This document shows, in pieces, positions 1-8,242 of a stretch of 64,000 nt of DNA (the stretch's first letter is position 1; each line of letters begins with the position of its first letter). A model generated the notes under the pieces. The model saw nothing but the letters and a program-made list of their open reading frames with translations, had not been told where the DNA came from and ran no database searches. Source of the DNA: an uncultured virus (IMG/VR IMGVR_UViG_3300030106_006575) (lineage: Duplodnaviria > Heunggongvirae > Uroviricota > Caudoviricetes); the IMG/VR virus record IMGVR_UViG_3300030106_006575. One strand, 5' to 3'. A program made the position numbers and the translations under genes.

Positions 1-1
1 C

Positions 2-883
2 TCGATTGACGGCGAATCGACTCGCTGGAACGCACCCGACTGGCTCAAAGAAGCCTGTGACAACGCTGTCGTCCTCTTCCTCGATGAGGTGGACCGGGCG
101 ACAATGGAGGTTCGTCAAGGCATTTTCGAGCTTACCGACTCGCGTAAGCTGAACGGGTGGCACCTGCACCCACAAACCCGCATCTTCGCTGCCGTCAACG
201 GTGGCGAGCATGCTGGAGCTTCTTCCTACCAAGTTGGGGAGATGGACCCTGCCGAGCTTGACCGTTGGACGGTCTTCGATGTGGAGCCTACTGTGGGCGA
301 TTGGCTCACTTGGGCGAAAGACAAGGTTGATGGTGTCGTATGGGACTTCATCAATCAGAACCACGCTCATCTTGAGCACCTGCCCGATAGTGGTGGTTAC
401 GAGCCGAATAAGGTCTATCCTTCGCGTCGGTCTTGGAAGCGGTACAACGATTGTGTCGATGGAGCCTCGCTTCTCGCGGAGCCGAAGCAAAACCTTGCTT
501 CAATCTACAATCTCGCGACCAGCTTCCTTGGTTTCGAGGCTGCGGTTGCTTTCCGTGACTTCTGCGAAAAGTACGAGCGAATGGTAACTATCGAAGACAT
601 CATCGACCACGGCAAGATCGAGTTGACTGAGGACTTCGGGATTAACGACCATCTAGCGTTGTGCGAGAAGCTGGAAGCTAACGGTATGCTGGAAAGGGCT
701 CTTTCTACCACGCAAATCCAGAACCTCGCTAACTGGTTCGTGACTTTGCCTTCTGAGGTAGCTATGAAGTTGTTCGCAGCCATCGGCGCAAGTGCAGATA
801 ACTCCAATGTTATCGCGCTGCACGCTGCCACTGCCGACAACGGCAAGAAGGTTCTGGACTTCATCGTCGAAATCGTGGGCTAA
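2..883 (+). CDS. MoxR-type AAA+ ATPase (5' truncated by window)
   Basis: Frame open from position 2. Walker B VVLFLDEVDRA, sensor I IFAAVN, MDPAELDRW Arg-finger region, PSRRSW. Lies upstream of a vWA gene. Confidence 0.85.
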   Translation, partial: SIDGESTRWNAPDWLKEACDNAVVLFLDEVDRATMEVRQGIFELTDSRKLNGWHLHPQTRIFAAVNGGEHAGASSYQVGEMDPAELDRWTVFDVEPTVGDWLTWAKDKVDGVVWDFINQNHAHLEHLPDSGGYEPNKVYPSRRSWKRYNDCVDGASLLAEPKQNLASIYNLATSFLGFEAAVAFRDFCEKYERMVTIEDIIDHGKIELTEDFGINDHLALCEKLEANGMLERALSTTQIQNLANWFVTLPSEVAMKLFAAIGASADNSNVIALHAATADNGKKVLDFIVEIVG

Positions 884-895
884 ACGCCCGCTTTC

Positions 896-971
896 GGGAC
901 GCTAGCTCAGTTGGCAGAGCACCGGCCTTTTAAGCCGATGGTCATGGGTTCGAGTCCCATGCGTCCCACCA
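896..971 (+). tRNA. tRNA-Lys(UUU)
   Basis: GGGACGC/GCGTCCC acceptor stem, D arm TAGCTCAGTTGGCAGAGC, anticodon loop CTTTTAA, GGTTCGAGTCC T arm, encoded CCA. Confidence 0.97.
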
Positions 972-995
972 CCTATTAAACCAAGAGAGAAACAA

Positions 996-1199
996 ATGAA
1001 AGAAAGCCTAGATACTAGCTTCTCGGTGATGTTGTCGAAAAGTGACATCTTTATTATCTTAGATTGTCTGCGTGCAGGTTCGATGGAACCAGTTACAGGA
1101 CTTATTGAACACCTTGAACGGGAACTATCGCGCAGGGATACGTTTCTCAGGTTGATAGCTGAAGAAAACAGGCGACCCGATTTTCTGGTTGGAATATAA
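996..1199 (+). CDS. hypothetical protein
   Basis: 67-aa ORF following an AGAGA purine tract, co-oriented with neighbours. Confidence 0.55.
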   Translation: MKESLDTSFSVMLSKSDIFIILDCLRAGSMEPVTGLIEHLERELSRRDTFLRLIAEENRRPDFLVGI

Positions 1200-1243
1200 A
1201 CCAGGGCTAAATGTCAAGAAAATGTCAAGAAAACAAAATCCTA

Positions 1244-1272
1244 TTGACTTTGGGGCGAAATGGTTGTATAAT
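1244..1272 (+). promoter_or_regulatory. sigma70-type promoter
   Basis: TTGACT-17 nt-TATAAT upstream of the ATG at 1314, preceded by an 11-bp tandem repeat (1209-1230). Confidence 0.8.
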
Positions 1273-1313
1273 ATAAGAGTAAGTCGCGATTTATACTGCA
1301 TTTCGAGGATAAA

Positions 1314-2579
1314 ATGACCGATACTAAAGAAAAAGCCACTTTCAACCTGAATATGCACACGCATCGACTTCTCACGAATGAGCCGTTCTTCGCTGCTCTC
1401 TCTCGTCGTATCGATAAGCGAGCTTCAACCTCTGTTCCCACAGCGGGTGTTCGCGTCACTGACGATGGTCGTTTCGAGATGCTCTATAATCCAGATTTCA
1501 TGCAGCGTATGATCGAGGAGTGCGAAAACGCCAAGGGGAACGAGGACAATCCTTATCGTTGGGTCCGTGGCATCCTGATGCATGAGTTCTACCACCTGAT
1601 TTACGGGCATGTAACTACACGATTGCCCGAAGAGGGCATGAGCAAGTTGTGGAACGTCGCGACTGACCTAGCTATTAACTCGCATATCGCAGACGACTTG
1701 CCTCCAATCGCTTGTATTCCAGGTCACGGACCCTTTGAGGAGTTTGAGACTGCTCTTTCGGCTGATGCTTACTATAAGCTTCTCCAGAAGAAGCAAGAGG
1801 AAAAGGAGCAGGAAGGAGAAGATGGCGAGGGTGAAGGCGAAGAATCAGAGGGTTCTAGTTCTAGTGCAGGTGCTGGCGATATGGATTCTATGGACGACCA
1901 TAGTGGTTGGGGCGAGGCTATAGGCGAAGATGCAGCTACAAACCAGCAAATCGCTGAAGAACGACTCAAGGATATGGTCAAGAAGGCAGCAGAAGAAGCC
2001 AATAGTCGAGGTTGGGGGTCAGTTTCCAGCCAGATGCGGAAGCAAATCATGGAGTCAATCACCACAAAGGTAGATTGGAAGAAGGTTTTGCGCTCTTTCG
2101 TCAAGGCTAGCCAGAAGTCTACGCGCCGGTCCACGGTGAAGCGCATTAATCGGCGTTTCCCCTACATTCACGCCGGAAAGCGTTCCGACCGCGTTGCTCG
2201 CGTTGCTATCAGCATCGACCAGTCCGGCAGTGTCTCGGATTCGATGCTTGTAGCTTTCTTTTCGGAGCTTGAGCAGCTTGCCAAGTACGCTGAGTTCGTG
2301 GTTGTCCCCTTTGATACTGAGGTTGACGAGAGCTTGGTATTTACTTGGAAGAAAGGCGAGAAGAAGCAGTGGGAGCGCGTTATGTGTGGTGGAACCTGCT
2401 TTAACGCTCCTTCGCAGTACGTCAACGATAACAAGTTCGATGGTCACATCGTCCTCACCGATATGTGTGCTGAAAAGCCGATTCCGAGCAAGTGTCGTCG
2501 TATGTGGATGACTGATAGTTACGGAGCAACCCAGCCTTACTTCAAGACTCACGAAAAGGTACTTGAAATCACGGTTTAG
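1314..2579 (+). CDS. HExxH metallopeptidase-like domain + vWA domain protein (DUF2201-like), probable MoxR partner
   Basis: ILMHEFYH, WNVATDLAINS, acidic linker, DDHSGW, MIDAS IDQSGS, GGTCF, LTD. Confidence 0.85.
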   Translation: MTDTKEKATFNLNMHTHRLLTNEPFFAALSRRIDKRASTSVPTAGVRVTDDGRFEMLYNPDFMQRMIEECENAKGNEDNPYRWVRGILMHEFYHLIYGHVTTRLPEEGMSKLWNVATDLAINSHIADDLPPIACIPGHGPFEEFETALSADAYYKLLQKKQEEKEQEGEDGEGEGEESEGSSSSAGAGDMDSMDDHSGWGEAIGEDAATNQQIAEERLKDMVKKAAEEANSRGWGSVSSQMRKQIMESITTKVDWKKVLRSFVKASQKSTRRSTVKRINRRFPYIHAGKRSDRVARVAISIDQSGSVSDSMLVAFFSELEQLAKYAEFVVVPFDTEVDESLVFTWKKGEKKQWERVMCGGTCFNAPSQYVNDNKFDGHIVLTDMCAEKPIPSKCRRMWMTDSYGATQPYFKTHEKVLEITV

Positions 2580-2588
2580 GATGATGAG

Positions 2589-2909
2589 ATGAAAATAGAC
2601 TTTCAAACTGGACAACTCGTAAGACATAAAGTAAGCAGAGACATTGGCTTGGTTGTCAAAGTGGAGCGTGACTACTATGGAGCAAGGCAGGCTTTCAAGA
2701 TTTATGGTGATATTCCAAAAGAGTCTGCAATCAGGCCCGACATGGTTAACGGTATTGGGCCTACAAAGGATGGTATCAGAGACAAGGTAATGGTTAAATG
2801 GTATACGAATAACAATGAGCTGCATCGCGAACAGATAGATATTCGCAATAGCGTTTGGCATGACGGCAACATCCTGCTATTATTGGAGGATGGAAGCGAT
2901 GAACGGTAA
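2589..2909 (+). CDS. small SH3/KOW-like protein (array member)
   Basis: FQTGQLVRHK...IGLVVKV...VMVKWY pattern shared with neighbours. Confidence 0.65.
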   Translation: MKIDFQTGQLVRHKVSRDIGLVVKVERDYYGARQAFKIYGDIPKESAIRPDMVNGIGPTKDGIRDKVMVKWYTNNNELHREQIDIRNSVWHDGNILLLLEDGSDER

Positions 2910-3117
2910 GCTAGTAAAGCACAGTCGCAGGCCGGAATGGGGTACGGGTGTAGTTATGGGTAAGAGAGTAAAAGAGAAGATTGACCCTGCAACTGGTATG
3001 GGTGGGATGTTTGTAACTCAGTATAAAGCTTGGTTTTCGGTTGGCGGGGAGGGTTGGTTTGATGCATCCCTGCTCTTATGGTTGTCAACCGACGAAGAGA
3101 TGCAAACGTCGTCATAG
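2899..3117 (+). CDS. small SH3/Tudor-like protein (DUF3553-like)
   Basis: GKLVKHSRRPEWGTGVV...YKAWF. Start placed at ATG 2899 after GGAGG. Confidence 0.6.
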   Translation: MNGKLVKHSRRPEWGTGVVMGKRVKEKIDPATGMGGMFVTQYKAWFSVGGEGWFDASLLLWLSTDEEMQTSS

Positions 3118-3245
3118 TTAGCCTGTGAGTGTTATAGAGGCCGCTTTAAGATGCTGGCAGGGTAACACGATGCCCAAGGCTCAGAAACGCTTGTAGGGCT
3201 TGTGAGAGGCACAAAAACAATGGTTTATGATATTGGAGTTTAAAG

Positions 3246-3482
3246 TTGTTTAAAGTAGGAGATATAGTTGGGCTGCGCTTTTGTACAGATTTCAAGGGGG
3301 TTTTGATTGAGCTTCTTGACCACGCTTATGATGAGCTTCAAGAGAACGAGATGAAGAGATGGAAAGTATTGTGGTTCAAACACCCATATGAAGACTCAGA
3401 TAGCCAAACAGGTCTATTAGGAAGAACAACATCCGTGGAGACATATAACGAAAGGCTGCTTTTTAAGCATGATACTGACTAA
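3246..3482 (+). CDS. small SH3/KOW-like protein (array member)
   Basis: TTG start after GGAG; FKVGDIV...GVLIEL...KVLWF. Confidence 0.7.
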   Translation: MFKVGDIVGLRFCTDFKGVLIELLDHAYDELQENEMKRWKVLWFKHPYEDSDSQTGLLGRTTSVETYNERLLFKHDTD

Positions 3483-3690
3483 GGGAGATTTAGTGACGCT
3501 TTGCAGTAGGTTCAAGCCTATTGAAGCACAACTATATTTCGATAACTTTAGTGGAGGGTTCAGCTTCTTAGGCGTCATAGTTGAGACTAAAGCCGGCTAC
3601 GCCAGGGTTAGATGGCTCAAGCATCCTACCTGCCAGGGCGAGACTTCAAAGCTGCCCACAGACAACCTAGAGCGTTTAAGCGATGATTGA
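3469..3690 (+). CDS. small SH3/KOW-like protein (array member)
   Basis: TKGDLV...LGVIVE...RVRWL; overlaps upstream stop. Confidence 0.7.
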   Translation: MILTKGDLVTLCSRFKPIEAQLYFDNFSGGFSFLGVIVETKAGYARVRWLKHPTCQGETSKLPTDNLERLSDD

Positions 3691-3880
3691 GAAAGGTACT
3701 TTAGTAAAATATAAGAAGGGAAAGCTTAACTTGACAGGCGTGGTCACAGGTTGGCAGAACTTAGGCACAACCAATGAAATAGGAACCTACATTGTATTGG
3801 AAGTAACTTGGTTTACAGGGAAGGGACAGCCCAGCTTCTTATACAAGCCGCGACCGCATGAGGTAGAGATATTACTATAA
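3683..3880 (+). CDS. small SH3/KOW-like protein (array member)
   Basis: EKGTLV...TGVVT...EVTWF. Confidence 0.7.
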   Translation: MIEKGTLVKYKKGKLNLTGVVTGWQNLGTTNEIGTYIVLEVTWFTGKGQPSFLYKPRPHEVEILL

Positions 3881-4080
3881 TGGACATCAAAGCACACAAA
3901 TTTAATAAAGGAGATATGGTTCGTCTTAGAGATAAGGAGCGCTCGACACTAGGTATAGTAACGTCCCAGGACGGAGTAAATATCGAGGTTCAATGGATAC
4001 AATGGACGAGTCCGCATATTCCTTATCATGGTTGTAAATGGAGAGCATATAACCTTGTAAAGGTCGAAAAAGCGGGATGA
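3880..4080 (+). CDS. small SH3/KOW-like protein (array member)
   Basis: FNKGDMV...LGIVT...EVQWI; TAATG coupling with the upstream gene. Confidence 0.7.
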   Translation: MDIKAHKFNKGDMVRLRDKERSTLGIVTSQDGVNIEVQWIQWTSPHIPYHGCKWRAYNLVKVEKAG

Positions 4081-4128
4081 AGCCAAGTTTTCATCGCGCC
4101 ATTTTTTTTCCCACAGGGGTCCAACCCA

Positions 4129-4374
4129 ATGCCTAACACCCTTCACCCTACACTAGACCCACCGATACCCTGCTTTCAAATAGGAGATTTGGTCGAGGTA
4201 AGAGATACAACTTGGTTTATGTATACAGAAACCTACTATACAGTTGGTGTAGTTGTCGAGATAAGGGAAAGCGATATAGCCAAAGGGGGCTTTCTTATAT
4301 CGGTATGGTGGTTGAACACCGATGAAGAGAGCAGGCTATTTGACCACGAGTTATTAAAGATAGGAGAAGTATAG
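4129..4374 (+). CDS. small SH3/KOW-like protein (array member)
   Basis: FQIGDLV...VGVVVE...AKGGFLISVWWL...LFDHEL. Confidence 0.7.
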   Translation: MPNTLHPTLDPPIPCFQIGDLVEVRDTTWFMYTETYYTVGVVVEIRESDIAKGGFLISVWWLNTDEESRLFDHELLKIGEV

Positions 4375-4375
4375 A

Positions 4376-4606
4376 ATGAAGTTTGAGATAGGAGATTTAG
4401 TAAAGATAAAACCAAAGGTCGGACTCTCAGCAATGAAAGCCAGATATTACGATATTGGTATTGTAACAGCAAAGAAGCCAGAGGCAACCTTAGCCAAAGG
4501 AGGCTTTGTAATAGAAGTATTGTGGTTAAAGACAAAATCAGAGAAAGCCAACTTCTATGACCATGAGCTAGAAAAGGCGAGAGCAAAGGATGAAAGCGAA
4601 ATTTAA
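4376..4606 (+). CDS. small SH3/KOW-like protein (close paralog of 4129-4374)
   Basis: FEIGDLV...IGIVT...AKGGFVIEVLWL...FYDHEL. Confidence 0.75.
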   Translation: MKFEIGDLVKIKPKVGLSAMKARYYDIGIVTAKKPEATLAKGGFVIEVLWLKTKSEKANFYDHELEKARAKDESEI

Positions 4607-4803
4607 AGTCGGTCAGCTTGTATACGACCCTAGTTATGATATGGTGGGAATGATAAAAGGCACTTACAAAGACCACAAAGGCAGAGATTGGTTTAGGGTC
4701 CACATGTTTGGTGACCCTTGGTGTGCAAGTCAAGACACAAGAGATTATACATACTCCTTAGCAAATCAANNNNNNNNNNAAATCAAAGGTTGGAGGCTTA
4801 TGA
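4590..4803 (+). CDS. small SH3/KOW-like protein (3' end uncertain, N gap)
   Basis: FKVGQLV...VGMIK...RVHMF; assembly gap near 4770-4779. Confidence 0.55.
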
Positions 4804-4994
4804 TAAAACTCCACAAAGGTGATTTAGTGGAGTTCATAACAGGCGATGCCATCGGGCTAGTTGTCGAGGTTGGAAGAGAGAGTATAATGAAGATAGACTA
4901 TATAAGGGTCTATTGGTTGAAATCCCCAGAAGGTGACGTTGGAACAACCATATGGAGGCCGGTAACACACTTCCAGAAGCTAGAAGATGAGTGA
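4800..4994 (+). CDS. small SH3/KOW-like protein (array member)
   Basis: GGAGG then ATG at 4800; LHKGDLV...IGLVVE...RVYWL. Confidence 0.7.
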   Translation: MIKLHKGDLVEFITGDAIGLVVEVGRESIMKIDYIRVYWLKSPEGDVGTTIWRPVTHFQKLEDE

Positions 4995-5950
4995 GGTGGG
5001 ATAAGATAATAACAAAGTGGGTTATAATGGTATAAGATAGGGTACAAGTGGGTTGTAATGGGTTGAGGTGGGATGTCGTAATCTTGACCATACAAGTAAA
5101 CAATCGGGTAAGTAGAGTTATCAATAACTTAAAGCATTAATATTATAAGATTATTTCAAGGGTTCAGTTGGTTTATCCATAAGGGTAGAGCAGTTGAGCC
5201 TTTTTTATTTATGGATAACCCTATGAATATCGTATAATATAGGTGCAAAGGGGAGTATAAGGTTGTATAAGGGATAGGGGTTAGTATAGAGGGGATAGCG
5301 GGGGTTGTTCCTAATACATACCCACCCAACCCTTCAAACGCCAATATTTATCAATAACCGCTGTATTGCTAAGGTATTAACTTGATTATCGAGGACGGTT
5401 ATTAAGGATAGCTATGGATAACTCTATCGTCGATAGGCTAAGGACAACGCCGACAATGACGGTTATGATAGGGTAGGTTTAACTTATATTATCCTACATG
5501 TTGATAAAGCTATGGATAACTCCGCTAAGGGATAATAAAGTTTATACCTCCCTTACCCAAACCTTAATCAAAACGCTACACTGGTAGCCTGCTTATTTTC
5601 CCGGGGCTGGGAGTTATTCACAGACGGATAGCTAAGGTTGCAAGGGATATATGGAATGCTATGCATAACTCAGGGCGACGATAGTTATCCACAAGGGATA
5701 GTAAGGGTTGCAAGGGGAATATAGACTGCTCGATAATGAAGGAAAAAAAGTTATCAATAACATTCAAACTGGGTTATCGTCGGGTACCCCCCTCCCCCTC
5801 CCCCGGATATACCGGGAAGTAAGTACCATATGGGCTAGTCCCCCAAAATCGCGCTAATACGTTCACTCCCCACACAGAAAATTCCAGAAAATAAAGCCCT
5901 CTTTAAAAATACCCCCAAAGAAAAAATCGAGAATCTTACCCCATACTAAG
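4995..5950. repeat. non-coding region with dispersed DnaA-box-like repeats; candidate replication origin or genome terminus
   Basis: TTATCCACA 5685; TTATTCACA 5614; TTATCCATA 5173 and on the minus strand 5210, 5413, 5511; TTATGCATA 5660 (minus); TTATCAATA 5118, 5348, 5751. G-rich before ~5785, C-rich after. Confidence 0.6.
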
Positions 5951-5951
5951 G

Positions 5952-5959
5952 ACTACTTA
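5952..5959 (+). promoter_or_regulatory. ACTAHTTA motif (candidate late promoter), first of at least 12 copies
   Basis: Copies at 5952, 6957, 9417, 10773, 11527, 15752 (minus), 17533, 18109, 21617, 24852, 46073, 53866, each just upstream of a co-oriented start codon. Confidence 0.7.
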
Positions 5960-5982
5960 CTACACAACCCTAGGAGACATAA

Positions 5983-6936
5983 ATGAGCTACATAAAGATT
6001 CTTGCCGCACCTGTGACAATCACCACACTGATTATAATAGTCATGACTATGGGCTGTGCGTCTGATTATAAGGTTATATCCGGTGATGCCAACCCGGGTG
6101 CTGATACTGGCATTAGCATTCCCCCTGAAGATAGGCCAGATGTATCTGTGCCAGAGGATAAGGATACCAAGACTGAGGAAGATACTGAAACAGAGGTCGA
6201 TAAGGGGCTTCCAGTCGCTGTTTGTTCTGTATCACCCAATCCTGTTCATCCTCCTGTAGAAACGGCTACGTGGGATGGTAGCGCCTCTTATGATGCTTCT
6301 GGGTATGCTATTACTTCCTATACCTGGACTCTTACCTCTCAGCCCGGAGGTTCAGCGGCTACAATGCCCAATGGTGGTGCTGTTATACCTAACTTTCAAC
6401 CTGATCTCGCTGGTCAGTATGTTGGAACCCTCGTTATTACCAATGAGATGGGCTTATCTGATTCTTGTGAAGCAATATTGGAGTCTGTTCCCACCGAAAA
6501 CCTTTGGGTTGAGATGTATTGGACTGTTGAGCCAGATGATATGGATCTTCATTTGATCAATACTACAGCTTGGAACTCTGCTTTGGAGACAAACGATGAT
6601 TGTTACTATGCTAATTGTACTCCAAGCAGTTGGTGGGGATCTGTTCAATGGGGCGATCCTGGTACTCAAGACGATCCAAACTTGGATTTGGATGATATCT
6701 ATGGTACTGGACCTGAGAACATTAATATTCAACAACCTCAACCTTGGACTTATACTGTGGTTGTTCACGATTATACGGGTTCAACCTCTGATACCTACGG
6801 TGACAACGAGGTAACGGTCAATGTTTATATAAATGGTCTCCTTCAATGGTCTGATACCAAGATAATCTCTGGTGACGGGTCTTATACACCTTTCTGTCAC
6901 ATTGATTGGGCTACCTTTAGCGTTACAAGCCTATAA
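5983..6936 (+). CDS. lipoprotein with PKD/REJ-like and YfaP(DUF2135)-like domains
   Basis: Signal peptide + TMGC lipobox; DGSASYD...YTWTL...PDLAGQY; DMDLHL...DCYYANC...LDLDD..GTGPENI. Confidence 0.7.
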   Translation: MSYIKILAAPVTITTLIIIVMTMGCASDYKVISGDANPGADTGISIPPEDRPDVSVPEDKDTKTEEDTETEVDKGLPVAVCSVSPNPVHPPVETATWDGSASYDASGYAITSYTWTLTSQPGGSAATMPNGGAVIPNFQPDLAGQYVGTLVITNEMGLSDSCEAILESVPTENLWVEMYWTVEPDDMDLHLINTTAWNSALETNDDCYYANCTPSSWWGSVQWGDPGTQDDPNLDLDDIYGTGPENINIQQPQPWTYTVVVHDYTGSTSDTYGDNEVTVNVYINGLLQWSDTKIISGDGSYTPFCHIDWATFSVTSL

Positions 6937-6971
6937 GCACTTAAATCTAGTTTTTAACTATTTATTATACG

Positions 6972-7841
6972 ATGAATACTAAAACACAACTTGTTTTGCT
7001 CTCTATCCTTGGGTTGGCTGTATTGGCTGGTGGATATGCCCTTGGTGCAAAGGTTGAAAAGGCTGCTGCTGAAGAAGCATATGCCGATTTATTGTCCACA
7101 AAAGAAAAAATTTATGAAGAGGCTGAGATTGTTCGGAATCGTTCGGCGGGGCTTGCGGATGCTGTCTCTGAGCTTTCTGATGAGAATACGGAGTTATTGG
7201 ATCTTGTTTCTCAACTTCGCTCTCGACCTTCTGAGATTCGCTATGTTACGGTGACGGAAACGGTGGTTGAAGCTGGTGAACCGATTGTTGAGTCCCTTGA
7301 CCTGCCTTCTGAGTATGTTTTCAAACTTCGAGAGGATTTGGCTGTTGCCCGCTTTGCTTATGATTCGGAAGCAGAGTTACCTTATACGTTTGAAACTTAT
7401 GATTTGACGTTTCGGAGTTCTGTTGTTATAAGTGAAAAAAATTCGGCTGGTCTGTTGCAAATATCCTCTAGTGCCGATCCGGAAACCTATGTTGAGGTGC
7501 CCATTGACTCTCTTGAGGTCCGTTCCGTTAAAGATCAAGATCTATTCGAGCCTAACATCGGCATGGGGATTACAGCCTCTATTGGTGATTCAACAGCCGT
7601 GATGGGTTCCGCATTTGTCTCTTTTATCCATCCAAATGAGAATATCGATGTCCTCGGTGTTCGCTTTGCTGGTACATATCCGGTGGATTCAGCAACCTTG
7701 GGTGTGGATTTGGTAGGTTATAACTTGGGAAATCATTTGCCTGTCTTGACGGACTTTTGGGTGCACGCCGGCGGTGGTATAGGTGTGGTCGGTGATTCTG
7801 GAGGTAGAAGCGTCCAGATAAGTCTTGGAACCAAATTTTGA
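6972..7841 (+). CDS. envelope protein: N-terminal TM/signal, coiled coil, C-terminal beta-strands ending in Phe
   Basis: Hydrophobic N-terminus, heptad region, alternating strands, C-terminus SVQISLGTKF. Confidence 0.65.
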   Translation: MNTKTQLVLLSILGLAVLAGGYALGAKVEKAAAEEAYADLLSTKEKIYEEAEIVRNRSAGLADAVSELSDENTELLDLVSQLRSRPSEIRYVTVTETVVEAGEPIVESLDLPSEYVFKLREDLAVARFAYDSEAELPYTFETYDLTFRSSVVISEKNSAGLLQISSSADPETYVEVPIDSLEVRSVKDQDLFEPNIGMGITASIGDSTAVMGSAFVSFIHPNENIDVLGVRFAGTYPVDSATLGVDLVGYNLGNHLPVLTDFWVHAGGGIGVVGDSGGRSVQISLGTKF

Positions 7842-7895
7842 TTCTATAACGCCAACTGCAATCTATATATTGTATAACAGCGAGGATTTCTATGT

Positions 7896-8168
7896 ATGGA
7901 AGCTATAATTGAAAACTTGGCTCAATATGGGCCCCTTGGTCTGTGGACCGCTTCGCTCCTTTGGATGAACCATCAACAAAGGAAAGATAAGAAAGAAGAA
8001 GAAAAGGCGGCAAAAGAAGCGTTGGTATATCATCAAGAGAAAATTGTGAAGGCTCTTGCAGAACAAGCATCGATGTTGGAGAAAGCAATCTTGATGATTG
8101 ATGGTGGTCTCAGGGACATGCGACAAAAATATGCGGAAGAACGTATGCATGGACTGAAAGGCAACTGA
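7896..8168 (+). CDS. BhlA/UviB-like holin-like membrane protein
   Basis: LAQYGPLGLWTASLLW single TM followed by a charged coiled coil. Confidence 0.5.
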   Translation: MEAIIENLAQYGPLGLWTASLLWMNHQQRKDKKEEEKAAKEALVYHQEKIVKALAEQASMLEKAILMIDGGLRDMRQKYAEERMHGLKGN

Positions 8169-8242
8169 GTCCAAGAACCAATAAAAATTTTTAAGTTTAT
8201 TAAAAAAAGTACCCCTAGTTACTTTAGGGGGGTTCTAATATT

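Noticed and set aside
2055..2861. 268-aa minus-strand ORF
   Set aside because: Antisense shadow of two supported + strand genes; no recognisable motifs.
4590..4994. Single 134-aa two-domain ORF
   Set aside because: Spans an N gap of uncertain size; a GGAGG + ATG at 4800 indicates a separate gene.
5156..5344. Small ORFs in the non-coding region
   Set aside because: No convincing RBS; Pro/Tyr/Ile-biased translations reflect strand skew.
4995..5950. CRISPR array
   Set aside because: Repeats are 9-16 bp, in both orientations and irregularly spaced; there is no repeat-spacer periodicity.
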